Part shown: in pieces, positions 28,710 to 37,295 of the stretch
How positions within the stretch are numbered: position 1 is the stretch's first letter
Layout of the letters: each line of letters opens with the position of its first letter
Source: a virus
Taxonomy: Duplodnaviria; Caudoviricetes
IMG/VR virus record: IMGVR_UViG_3300011444_000003
Coordinates: 1 to 48,648 of that record
Length of the DNA: 48,648 nt
Direction: 5' to 3' (one strand)
Notes under the pieces: generated by a model
Told to the model about the DNA's origin: nothing
The model's database searches: none
The model's input: the letters and a program-made list of their open reading frames with translations, nothing else
Position numbers and translations under genes: made by a program

Positions 28710-28897
28710 GGCCATCTCAGATCCCGTCGAGCGGCCAGGAGGAGGTCGTGGTCGAGCGCCTCGGCCTCGACCGTGAAGACGTGAGCGGGCGGGCGCTGAA
28801 CCCACGTCGTGCGCACGGCGTACTCCTTCAGGAAGTCGGCCAGGTTGGGCCGGGCGGCGGCCTGGGTGACCGTCAGGATGTAGTTGCGGGTCGGCAC
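28706..28897 (-). CDS. Hypothetical protein (paralogue of 28500..28709)
   Basis: TAGGCT 6 nt before the GTG. Shared motifs with the neighbour. Confidence 0.6.
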   Translation of the reverse strand: MPTRNYILTVTQAAARPNLADFLKEYAVRTTWVQRPPAHVFTVEAEALDHDLLLAARRDLRWP

Positions 28898-28901
28898 CGG
28901 G

Positions 28902-30218
28902 TCAGCCTACCGGCTCGTTCAGGTCGAGCACTATCTCGTCGTACGAGGGCAGGCTGATGCGCATTGTGCCGCCCTCCTTGTGGAGGACGATCAGCCTGTC
29001 TCGGGCGATGTCGACCAGGGCGTCCTCGAAGTACGGGTGCAGCCGCTTGGTGATGTCGGCCTTCAGCACGCCGAACGTGGCCTGGCCGTCGTGGCGCTCC
29101 AGCGAGCGCAGCACCTGGCCCCGGATGCGCTCGGCCACGTCGCCCGCCCGCTCCCTGGCGATGACCTGGGCCTGACTGCGCTGCATTTCCCTTCGGATCT
29201 GGCGGTTCAGGTCGTCCTGGTCGGCGTCATCGACCTCTTGCTGGACCCAGCGACGGACCTGCTGGTTGGTGCGCCACAAGATGCGGGCTCGGTGGTGGTC
29301 GTCGGGGATGGGGTTGAAGCGGCCGTGCAGCAGGGCCATGAGGGCGGCCATGCGCAGCGTGATGAGCGGCTCGTGGGCGTCGAGCGGGGGTAGCGTCTCC
29401 CGGCCGGCGTTCACCGCACGGTGGGCGTCCCTGATCGCCCTGGCCGTGACCGGAGCGATCTTCACCAGGCCGCCCCGGGTCCAGACGGAGGTGTTGAGTT
29501 TCAGCGGGCCAGGCCACTCGACGTCGTCGTGGCTGTCGATCCAGTGGTCATCGTCGGAACTCATGCTGCCGCTGGCCCACACGAAGCGCTGCGGTGTGCC
29601 GCCGTCGATGGATTCGGGGGTGAGCAGGGCGCCCGCCTTCGCCGGCTGGAAGCCGGCGACGAGCCCGATGGAGTAGGAGTTGGCCTCCAGCCGGCGAGAC
29701 GTGGCCTTGGAGGCGTTGGTCTGCCCGAGCGTGCTCCCCGAGAAGGCGGATCGGATGATGACGTCGAGCGTGGTGCCGTCCCGGGAGCCGTAGCGGCGCA
29801 GGATCTCGCCCTCATCGACGTAGACGTAGGCGTTGTGGTGGACCTGGACCTTCTCGCCAGACTCGTCCTTCTCCAGGAACGACTCAACCAGCCCCTCGCC
29901 GGTTCCGATCTGGATGTCGTCCCGGCCGAGCAGGATGTCGGGGGCGGGCACGAGGCGGGCAGCCACCTTCGCTGCGGTGGACTTGCCGCCCCCGGAGCGG
30001 GCAAGGATGGCGGCGAAGTAGTTGAGTGGGGCGGGTCCGCCGACGATGCCGGGGAGGAGAAGGTCACTCGGTGTAAACGCTGCGAGCCGGGCGAGGACGG
30101 CGTGGAGGACGGCGTCCGGGGCCACCACAGCGGAGAAGGAGGCCAACTTGATCCGCTGGAGCGAGGGGGTGTTCCAGAACGAGGTGGGGATGGTCGGGAT
30201 GTGGCTGTCGGTGGGCAC
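28902..30218 (-). CDS. P-loop NTPase, DUF3987/YfjI-like primase-associated helicase with C-terminal wHTH
   Basis: Walker A ARSGGGKS, TGEGL, Walker B YVYVDEG, QP and GG..QRF motifs. Confidence 0.7.
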   Translation of the reverse strand: MPTDSHIPTIPTSFWNTPSLQRIKLASFSAVVAPDAVLHAVLARLAAFTPSDLLLPGIVGGPAPLNYFAAILARSGGGKSTAAKVAARLVPAPDILLGRDDIQIGTGEGLVESFLEKDESGEKVQVHHNAYVYVDEGEILRRYGSRDGTTLDVIIRSAFSGSTLGQTNASKATSRRLEANSYSIGLVAGFQPAKAGALLTPESIDGGTPQRFVWASGSMSSDDDHWIDSHDDVEWPGPLKLNTSVWTRGGLVKIAPVTARAIRDAHRAVNAGRETLPPLDAHEPLITLRMAALMALLHGRFNPIPDDHHRARILWRTNQQVRRWVQQEVDDADQDDLNRQIRREMQRSQAQVIARERAGDVAERIRGQVLRSLERHDGQATFGVLKADITKRLHPYFEDALVDIARDRLIVLHKEGGTMRISLPSYDEIVLDLNEPVG

Positions 30219-30230
30219 CTGGACAGCGTA

Positions 30231-30500
30231 GCGGAAGGGGGCTCTCTAACGTCGAAACGCATAAGTCCTGGTAAACAGAGTATTATCGCATTAGAGGGGC
30301 GCTTCTTACAAAGTGTGGGGGGCTGTCCAGTCCATCCAGATTGTCCAGGAGTGTTCTGGAGAGGTCTCGCTAGCGAAGGGGGACCCGGGTGGGACGGTGG
30401 CGGCGGCGTCCGCCCGGACCGCCCCCCGGCAGGGGGTGGGGTGGGGGGAGGGGGGGAGGGGACACCCAGGGAGGGGGTGCAGTGGGGGGGTGGGGTGCCA
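30231..30500. other. Non-coding AT-rich patch plus G-tract region (origin or packaging-site candidate)
   Basis: AT-rich 30245-30315 with an imperfect inverted repeat. Many G4-G7 runs at 30432-30495. Confidence 0.4.
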
Positions 30501-30593
30501 TCACTGAAACAGATGGGTTGTTGCCTTGGTGCGTGCTGTGTGCTGCCCTTGACACGCACACGCTGGCCTTCAGCAAGGCTGCTGACCTGCTGC

Positions 30594-31232
30594 TTAGCCC
30601 TGCTCGCTCTCGCCCTCCGACCCATCGTGCTCGGAGATGGGAGAAGTGGCACTCGCCAGTGCCAACGCAATGCCGGCTGGTGCGGGACGGTCGGAGATCA
30701 CCTCGGCCTCGGCAATCTCCTCCTCACGCTGGTGCTCAGTCCGCTGCATCACCGAGCGCAACGCTCGCTCCACAGCAACGTCGAGGTCCGAGCGCACCGT
30801 CCCGTCCGGCTCGATCACGTCGCCGGTCGGTGCACGCATCGCCAACTCAGCCAGCAGGCCGAGCCCGGCACGGGCCTCACGCAGGGCCTTGGTCACTGCA
30901 TCGGTGTTGACCGCTCGTGTCGCCCTGCCCTTCCCATCGGTGCCGATCAGCACTCCGGACTCGGCTCGGGCCAGGTTGTCAAGCGCTCGCAGGTACAGGG
31001 CCTGGGCCTGGGCGTGGAGGTGCTCGGCTCGTAGAGCGTCGGCCCGTTCGTGCAGCGCCAACTGCATCGACACCAACTGCCTGGGCAAATGCTCTCCTCG
31101 GTGCCGGCGCAAGGCGTCACGAGACAGACCGGTCTCCCTGCCGATCAGCGACAGGTTCACCTCGGGATCGGCCAGGGCGAGGTCGATGTCCGAGCGGCTC
31201 TGGTGCGCACAGACGGTGCAGCGCTGGGACAT
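30594..31232 (-). CDS. Zn-finger/HTH DNA-binding protein, terminase small subunit candidate
   Basis: CTVCAH...HTH...RRH..EH N-terminus, then a helical oligomerisation-type region. First gene of the leftward arm. Confidence 0.5.
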   Translation of the reverse strand: MSQRCTVCAHQSRSDIDLALADPEVNLSLIGRETGLSRDALRRHRGEHLPRQLVSMQLALHERADALRAEHLHAQAQALYLRALDNLARAESGVLIGTDGKGRATRAVNTDAVTKALREARAGLGLLAELAMRAPTGDVIEPDGTVRSDLDVAVERALRSVMQRTEHQREEEIAEAEVISDRPAPAGIALALASATSPISEHDGSEGESEQG

Positions 31233-31337
31233 CAGGTGGTGCTCGTGCGGTGGGTGCGCAGCATGTCCCCAGCCTGCCACGCAGCGAGCGCCGACCCGCC
31301 GCCAGGCACGAGCCCACAAAGAGCCAGGTCAGCCCTA

Positions 31338-31367
31338 TTGACAGTTCCCTCGACCTGTGCGCACAGT
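31338..31367 (+). promoter_or_regulatory. Candidate sigma-A promoter for the early arm
   Basis: TTGACA-N18-CACAGT. The -10 overlaps the palindrome CTGTGCGCACAG. Confidence 0.45.
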
Positions 31368-31666
31368 TGACCCATCGCCCCTCCCCACCGACAGGGGGCG
31401 CCGTCTGGACCAACAGGCCATCGCCAGGTGGGGGCAGCAGGACCTAGCGGTCCCTCCCAAGCAGGCGTCAGTGCAGCCACCATCCCTCGTCAGGGGTCAC
31501 GGCAAGGAGGGCCACCCGGCCATCAAGCCTTCGGGCAGTCGGGATAGCGCCAGGGGTACCTGTTCCTCTCTCCTCGGAGGGCTCAGCCCCGTCCCGGTCT
31601 ACGGCGACCCGGCTGAGCCCTGCGAGGAGCCCCCACACCCGTGGTGGCCTGAGAGGAGACATCATC

Positions 31667-31978
31667 ATGAAGTTCAGCCAGACCGTCGTCCCGTTCACGG
31701 CCACCAAGACCGGCACGGGCACCAAGGCCAAGGTCGTCGTCCAAGCCCTCGACGGTGAGGTGCTCGGCCAGGCCGGCGGCAACCGGGCAGACCGGGCCAA
31801 CTGGGCCGTCCTGACCTACTGGCCTACCTACGCCACCAAGCACGACGACGATCCCACCGTCAGCCACACCGAGGTCAACCTGCGTGTCGACTCGCTCGAC
31901 GCCCACAACCTCGCTGCGAAGAACCGGGAGCGGGTCACTCAGGTCTACGTCCTGAGCATCGAAGACCGCAGGGCCTAG
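31667..31978 (+). CDS. Early hypothetical protein
   Basis: GAGAGGAGACATCATC-ATG start context. Confidence 0.75.
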   Translation: MKFSQTVVPFTATKTGTGTKAKVVVQALDGEVLGQAGGNRADRANWAVLTYWPTYATKHDDDPTVSHTEVNLRVDSLDAHNLAAKNRERVTQVYVLSIEDRRA

Positions 31979-32049
31979 CCCTGTCGCCCCGTCGCCTTCA
32001 CCAGCGGCGGGGCACCGCCCGCACCAGCGGGCATGGAGAGGAGATCATC

Positions 32050-32505
32050 ATGACCACCACCAAGGGCATCCTGCACAACCTGCCCGCCGGCTGGACCGCC
32101 GTGGAGTACCCGGCTGGGTACTTCATCTCCGGGCCATCGGCACAGGACAAGGTCGTCGAGTGGACCACGGCCACCCTCGATGGGGCGTTCTCACGCAACA
32201 TCGCCGGCCACTTCCCGCTCGCTGCGCTCGCAGCGTTCGACGCCCTCGTCGAGGCCAAGGTGGCCGAGGCCGCCCGCCCGCCCTTCACCGTCCACGTCCT
32301 CGTGGACGGTGACGAGACGGAGGACGGGCTCGGCGAGCGCTGGGACTTCTCGTTCGCCGGGGAGTTCGACCGCTCGGCCAGGGCCTGGGCACGCAACTTC
32401 TACCGGGAGCAGCGAGCCCTCCAGCCCGGGGTCTTCCCGAACACCTGGAAGCAGGAGATCGTCGCCGTTTGGCTCGACGATGACCCCGAGCCCCGGGACA
32501 ACTGA
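32050..32505 (+). CDS. Early hypothetical protein
   Basis: Strong SD, clean ORF. Confidence 0.75.
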   Translation: MTTTKGILHNLPAGWTAVEYPAGYFISGPSAQDKVVEWTTATLDGAFSRNIAGHFPLAALAAFDALVEAKVAEAARPPFTVHVLVDGDETEDGLGERWDFSFAGEFDRSARAWARNFYREQRALQPGVFPNTWKQEIVAVWLDDDPEPRDN

Positions 32506-32583
32506 GGTGAAGAACGGTCAGGGTGGCTTCACCGCTACCCTGTCCACTGCGTGTAAACGAGCACGCTCAGAGAGGAGCCATCC

Positions 32584-33201
32584 ATGACCACCACCACGAC
32601 CCGAGAGGGCTGGCTGCTCGACCTCGTCGAGAAGTACCGGCCCCGCTTCGAGGAGTTGGGCTTCACGCTCCCCGCCCTGCGGGTCGGCGTGGGCTTCACC
32701 AGCACCGGCCGGCGCAGCAAGCGCATCGGCGAGTGCTGGATCTCCAGCGCAAGCGCTGACGGCACCGTGGAGATCTTCCTGCACCCGAGCCTGGGCAACA
32801 CCGATGAGGTGGCCCACGTCCTGGCGCACGAGTTGATCCACAGCGTGCTCCCCGAGGCCAAGCACGGGCCCGAGTTCAAGAAGGTCGCCCACGCCCTCGG
32901 GCTCACCGGGAAGATGACCGCTACGGTCCCCGGCCCCGAGTTCGAGGCGTACCTCCACACGCTCGACCCGGGCGACTACCCACACGCTCGCCTCGCCGAC
33001 GGCACGAGGGTCGCCGCCCCGCCCAAGCAGGCCACCCGGCAGCGCAAGTGCGTCTGCCTCAACATCCACTGTCCCTCCATCGGAGAGGACGGCATCGAGG
33101 GCTACATCTGCCGCACCACCCAGAAGTGGATCATCGAGTACGGGGCGCCCATCTGCCCCGCTTGTGACCTGGCGATGACACCCCAGGAGCAGGAGCAGTG
33201 A
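32584..33201 (+). CDS. SprT-like zincin with C-terminal Zn ribbon
   Basis: IGECW, LAHELIH, HG.EF and CxxxxC...CPAC. Confidence 0.75.
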   Translation: MTTTTTREGWLLDLVEKYRPRFEELGFTLPALRVGVGFTSTGRRSKRIGECWISSASADGTVEIFLHPSLGNTDEVAHVLAHELIHSVLPEAKHGPEFKKVAHALGLTGKMTATVPGPEFEAYLHTLDPGDYPHARLADGTRVAAPPKQATRQRKCVCLNIHCPSIGEDGIEGYICRTTQKWIIEYGAPICPACDLAMTPQEQEQ

Positions 33202-33373
33202 TGAGGCGCCGGCTGAGGCGAGCCCTGCGGCCGGCAACCGACAGCCGCATGACATCGGCCTACGTCGATGCCCGCACCATCCACCACACAATGCCCTGAG
33301 CACCCGCACGAGCCCGTCACACGGCTCGTGTGGACTGCGGCCACCCTTGGTCGCTAGGAGAGGAGACATCATC

Positions 33374-33985
33374 ATGAAGCGCAAGGACATCGAGGCCGCC
33401 CTCGCCAAGGACCCCACCACGGTCTTCTGGTTGAGCGACTACGGCCCTCGCTCGATCGGCGTGCTCGTCGTCGGCTTTAAGGAGCGGGCGACCAGCGGGC
33501 GCTCTTGGGACACCACCACTACGCCGGCCACTGCCCTCACACGGCAGGTCAGCGTGGGCGATCCCCGAGTCCATTTCGGGACCCGGGCGGGACGGTGGGG
33601 GCCGGCCGAGCAGGCCACCGACGAGTACCTCGCCGAGCGCCGTGAGCGGGGCTACGAGATCAACGAGGACGAGGGCTACTGGCTCACGCCAGCGCCCGAG
33701 CCCGACGGTTTCCGGGCCGGCGTGCAGTTCGGCAAGATCACCGCTGTGGCAGCGGGCTCGCTCGCCGAGTTCGTCGCCGAGCGTAAGACCGAGAATCTGC
33801 TAGCGCAGGCACAGTCGGCTGCTCGGGAGAAGGCCGCCAACGAGGCCGCCGTGGCGGCCAACTGGGTCCTCACCCGGCTGGCCAACCTCGGCCTCACCGA
33901 CATCACGGTGACCTCGGATAGAAACGGCGTCGTGGTCACCTTGACCACGGAGGCCGCCGAGGCCCTCGCCGAGGTGCTGAAGTAA
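33374..33985 (+). CDS. Early hypothetical protein
   Basis: Start moved to ATG 33374 after GAGAGGAGACATCATC. Confidence 0.75.
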   Translation: MKRKDIEAALAKDPTTVFWLSDYGPRSIGVLVVGFKERATSGRSWDTTTTPATALTRQVSVGDPRVHFGTRAGRWGPAEQATDEYLAERRERGYEINEDEGYWLTPAPEPDGFRAGVQFGKITAVAAGSLAEFVAERKTENLLAQAQSAAREKAANEAAVAANWVLTRLANLGLTDITVTSDRNGVVVTLTTEAAEALAEVLK

Positions 33986-34056
33986 GACCCCGCCCTAGCC
34001 CCTCACCCGGGCTAGGGTGGACTGCGGCAACACCGCCGCTAGGAGAGGAGATCATC

Positions 34057-34551
34057 ATGACCGCAGACCGCAGTGAGTTTGGGCAGACCCAGATCGTGCT
34101 CACCATCGGCCGCAACGTGGGCGACACGCCCTTGCCGCACGCCGACTGGGTGGCCTACCGAGACGGCATCGCCCGCATCCTGGGCGAGTTCGTCGAGGCC
34201 GCCCCCTACGGCGGCTTCGTCACCGTCAACGGCAACATCGGCCAGGGCGCCTACGAGGGCGTCCCCGAGGACAACTGCGTCTTCGTGGCCCTGCTCAACA
34301 ACCCCTCCGTCGACGAGATCGCCGAGGATGACATCCCTGACCTCGTGCAGCGCCAGGCGTTCAGGTCGTACATCTTCGAGCACGACCTGGCGCACTTTGC
34401 GCACGGCTTCGGGCAGGAGACGGTGGCCTTCACCTACGGGCCCAACGTCCTGCTCCTCGCTCACGAGGACCAGACGCCCCAGTTCGAGGCGACCGACGAC
34501 GCCCTGACCGCCCTCCTCGACGAGGAGACGCTGAAGGGCTGGGAGGACTGA
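34057..34551 (+). CDS. Putative SAM lyase (SAMase)-like protein
   Basis: G.G.YEG..ED and A..FGQETV patterns resemble the Tyr/Glu/Gln-Glu signature of phage SAM lyases. Early location. Confidence 0.45.
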   Translation: MTADRSEFGQTQIVLTIGRNVGDTPLPHADWVAYRDGIARILGEFVEAAPYGGFVTVNGNIGQGAYEGVPEDNCVFVALLNNPSVDEIAEDDIPDLVQRQAFRSYIFEHDLAHFAHGFGQETVAFTYGPNVLLLAHEDQTPQFEATDDALTALLDEETLKGWED

Positions 34552-34623
34552 GTACCCGGACCGGCGCCCGTCACACGGCACCGGCCCACTGCGCATCCAG
34601 CGCTAACGAGAGGAGACATCAAC

Positions 34624-34818
34624 ATGCGAACCGTGTCCAAGCAGGCCGCTGAGGCCATCCTGCGCCTGGGCGGCTTCCCGCTCGGTGGCCCGCTTCAGGG
34701 CTACGTCCAGGAGGCCATCGCCGGCCAGACGGTCCTCGACAGGGCCAAGGCTCTGACCGAGGCGCTCGACTACCTGGGCGTGCTCGGCGACCGTCACCCG
34801 GCGCCCAGGGCTCGATGA
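34624..34818 (+). CDS. Early hypothetical protein
   Basis: Strong SD. Confidence 0.7.
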   Translation: MRTVSKQAAEAILRLGGFPLGGPLQGYVQEAIAGQTVLDRAKALTEALDYLGVLGDRHPAPRAR

Positions 34819-34929
34819 GCACGATGACGGACCAGGCGCTCAACCTCGGGTGCAGCATCCTTGCGGTGCTCATCGGGGTGGCGTACCTGGTCCTCGTCGT
34901 CATCCCCGCAGCACTACCGAGGAGGCTCC

Positions 34930-35124
34930 GTGGCCCGCAAGTACCGTCCACGCCCTGGGATGGATCGAAAGTGGGGACCGTGCAAGCGGTGCGGCCTCAC
35001 CACGACCACCCCGGAGGCCCGCAACACCACTGAGGTGTACCACAACTGCCCCGTTCCGGGGAAGGTGGGCACCGTCGAAGTGCGACCCCTCCCCAAGGGC
35101 GAGGTCGTGGGAGGGGAGGAGTGA
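34930..35124 (+). CDS. Small Cys-containing protein
   Basis: GGAGG then GTG 34930. CKRC...HNC motif. An overlapping membrane ORF 34815..35033 may also be real. Confidence 0.45.
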   Translation: MARKYRPRPGMDRKWGPCKRCGLTTTTPEARNTTEVYHNCPVPGKVGTVEVRPLPKGEVVGGEE

Positions 35125-35309
35125 TGGACCACCGCACCTGGGTGGGCAAGCACGTGCGCACTCCTCACGGGGTGGGCACCGTCACCCAGTCGCAGCGCTA
35201 CGCCGGCCTCGGCGTCGGGCTGCGAGTGCTCACGGTCGATCCGTGCTCGGGCTGCCCTTCATCGGAGTGGTGGCCCGAGGACCAGGTCGCCCTCATCTTC
35301 ACCCCCTGA
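35121..35309 (+). CDS. Small hypothetical protein
   Basis: Coupled start. VRTPHG.G.V SH3-like pattern. Confidence 0.55.
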   Translation: MMDHRTWVGKHVRTPHGVGTVTQSQRYAGLGVGLRVLTVDPCSGCPSSEWWPEDQVALIFTP

Positions 35310-35377
35310 CACGGACGGGCCGGCTTCGCCGCCGGCTCGCCCACTCCCGCCACCTGGCGGGTACGAGAGGAGCAATC

Positions 35378-35698
35378 ATGTCATGCGACTACAACCGGTC
35401 TCAGGTCGTCGCCACGTTCCACGCCTGGGCCCCTGACGGGGCTCTCCAGGGCTCCGTGCGAGTCGAGCGCCGGCCGGACGGCAACTGGTGGTTGCGGGCC
35501 ACGGGCAACGTGCCCACGATCCCCGCAGTGTTCTCCCTCTGGGGAGATCGCACCGCCGCCTACCTCGCTGCACAGGACCAGGTCGCCTCGTTCGAGGCCA
35601 CCCTCCAGGGCGAGCCCGTCGGCCAGGACCGCAGCGCCTTCGACGTCGTGGCCGCCGGCTACATCGACAGCAACTCGGGTGCGTGGGTCAACTACTGA
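35378..35698 (+). CDS. Early hypothetical protein
   Basis: Start moved to ATG 35378 after GAGAGGAG. Confidence 0.7.
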   Translation: MSCDYNRSQVVATFHAWAPDGALQGSVRVERRPDGNWWLRATGNVPTIPAVFSLWGDRTAAYLAAQDQVASFEATLQGEPVGQDRSAFDVVAAGYIDSNSGAWVNY

Positions 35699-35856
35699 TG
35701 CGAGGCTGGCAGGACGTGGCGTTCTTGGAGGAATACGGCGGGGCCAGCCCGCAGGACATCCCCTGGGCGCCGAAGATGCGACAGGAACTAATGGACGCAC
35801 GAGAGGCGGGCATTAGACTCCTGATGGACGAAGTGGCACGCACACTGGGCGTGTAA
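35698..35856 (+). CDS. Small hypothetical protein
   Basis: TGATG coupling: MRGWQDVAFLEEY... Confidence 0.5.
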   Translation: MRGWQDVAFLEEYGGASPQDIPWAPKMRQELMDAREAGIRLLMDEVARTLGV

Positions 35857-35933
35857 ACGCCCCGCCCCTACACCCGTCAAACGGTGTATGGGCACTGCGG
35901 CATCCGCCGCAATCACAGAGAGGAAGTGACATC

Positions 35934-36131
35934 ATGCGATTCAGTCTGGTCAATGAGGCGCCACAGCGCCCCGAGCGGGCGCTCAATGCCAAGGCACGAG
36001 CCCTGTTCAATGACGCCTATCGGCACGCCCTTTACCGGGGCGCATCCGATGAGCAGGCGGTCGAGGAGGGCTACCGAGCCCTCGAAGCCAACGGCTACTT
36101 CTGGGGCCGTGTCATCGATGAGGCACTCTGA
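35934..36131 (+). CDS. Early hypothetical protein
   Basis: GAGAGGAAG SD. Confidence 0.65.
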   Translation: MRFSLVNEAPQRPERALNAKARALFNDAYRHALYRGASDEQAVEEGYRALEANGYFWGRVIDEAL

Positions 36132-36496
36132 TGCCCGCCGGTGACACCCAGGACCGCTACGGCAACCTGATCCGCAGCATGCGGGCCACCGTGGCGCTGC
36201 TCGCCGAGAAGCACTCGGAGGCTCACCACGCCGCCCCCATCCTCGGTGAGACGCTCGACGTGCTCGCCGCACTCCTCAACGGAGCCCTGGCCGAGTTGAC
36301 GTCCCAGCAGACCCGGCTCGCCCGTCAGGGCGAACTGCTCAACCAGTCCGGCCAGCGGGAGTCCCGCTTGCTGAAGCGTGTCGACATGCTCAGCACGGCG
36401 CTCGACGCTGCCCGGAAGGAGACAACCAGCCTGATGCGTCAACTGAAGGCGTGCGAGAGCACCCAGGGCGCCTGGGAGAAGGATCTCGGCTCATAG
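36131..36496 (+). CDS. Coiled-coil hypothetical protein
   Basis: TGATG coupling, heptad pattern. Confidence 0.6.
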   Translation: MPAGDTQDRYGNLIRSMRATVALLAEKHSEAHHAAPILGETLDVLAALLNGALAELTSQQTRLARQGELLNQSGQRESRLLKRVDMLSTALDAARKETTSLMRQLKACESTQGAWEKDLGS

Positions 36497-36577
36497 CCGA
36501 GGGCCCCGCTGCACCTCACCGTGCAGCGGGGCACTGCGGGCCACACAGGACCCGCTTTGCAACGAGAGGAAGCCACC

Positions 36578-37165
36578 ATGCCCACCAGCACCAAGTACGG
36601 CCGCCTGCTCCCGCCAGCCATCTGGCAGGCCCTGGCCGCCGAGTACGAGGAGCAGCCCGAGGATTGCACCGACGGCTGGAACCTCCTCATCTCCCACACC
36701 CGCATCTACGCCGAGAAAGTTGCCGCCGGCCTCACAGTCGTCTGCACCCCGCACATCTGCGTCGAGCGCTTCGAGATCGTCACGTCCAGCAAGGTCTGGC
36801 CGTACGAGACCACCGAGGAGATCATCCGCCTCGTCGAGGCCGGCGCCTACCTGAAGCCCAAGGGCCAGGACGGCGTGTTCAGCCACCCCATCTTCATCGA
36901 GATCGAGTGGAAGGACTACCTGCTCTGGCACGACCTCACCGGCCACGCCGAGACGGGGTTCAACTTCACACCAGAGCAGGAGGTGCTGGCGTTCCGCCGG
37001 CACACCGAGACGTGCCTCAGCCTGGACCTGCGCCTGGCCCTGTTCACCCAGCAGATCCTGCCCATCGCCCACGCCATCGTCACGGGCTCGTGGATCGACA
37101 CTCGGGCACCCGTGCCCGGGCCCATCACCACCGAACTCGTCGAGCGCCTCGGCCGGCGGTCGTGA
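36578..37165 (+). CDS. Early hypothetical protein
   Basis: Start moved to ATG 36578 after GAGAGGAAG. Confidence 0.7.
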   Translation: MPTSTKYGRLLPPAIWQALAAEYEEQPEDCTDGWNLLISHTRIYAEKVAAGLTVVCTPHICVERFEIVTSSKVWPYETTEEIIRLVEAGAYLKPKGQDGVFSHPIFIEIEWKDYLLWHDLTGHAETGFNFTPEQEVLAFRRHTETCLSLDLRLALFTQQILPIAHAIVTGSWIDTRAPVPGPITTELVERLGRRS

Positions 37166-37269
37166 ACGCCATCGAGTTCGTCCAGCACGCCCTGGCCGCC
37201 TGCATCGCAGGCCCCGTGCTCGTGCTGGCTGCCATCGTCGTCCGAGCCATTTGGTGGCACGGCGACTGA
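37162..37269 (+). CDS. 35-aa membrane peptide
   Basis: GTGA coupling, single TM. Confidence 0.5.
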   Translation: MNAIEFVQHALAACIAGPVLVLAAIVVRAIWWHGD

Positions 37270-37295
37270 GCGGGGAGGAAGCCCTGCCAACCATC

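Larger units (their letters stand above)
31986..36577 (+). promoter_or_regulatory. Eight dispersed copies of a two-hairpin + ACT + GAGAGGA(G) leader element
   Basis: Copies at 31986, 32516, 33304, 33990, 34558, 35313, 35864 and 36503. Stems differ in sequence but keep pairing, with G-U wobbles on the plus strand. Confidence 0.8.

Noticed and set aside
29561-30670. 369-aa Pro-rich ORF across the G-tract region
   Set aside because: It is a low-complexity translation of non-coding C-runs plus an off-frame overlap with the helicase-like gene.
31986-36577. CRISPR array or integron attC cassette array
   Set aside because: The repeats conserve structure, not sequence, and are separated by whole genes. 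There are no attC GTTRRRY/RYYYAAC ends, cas genes or integrase.
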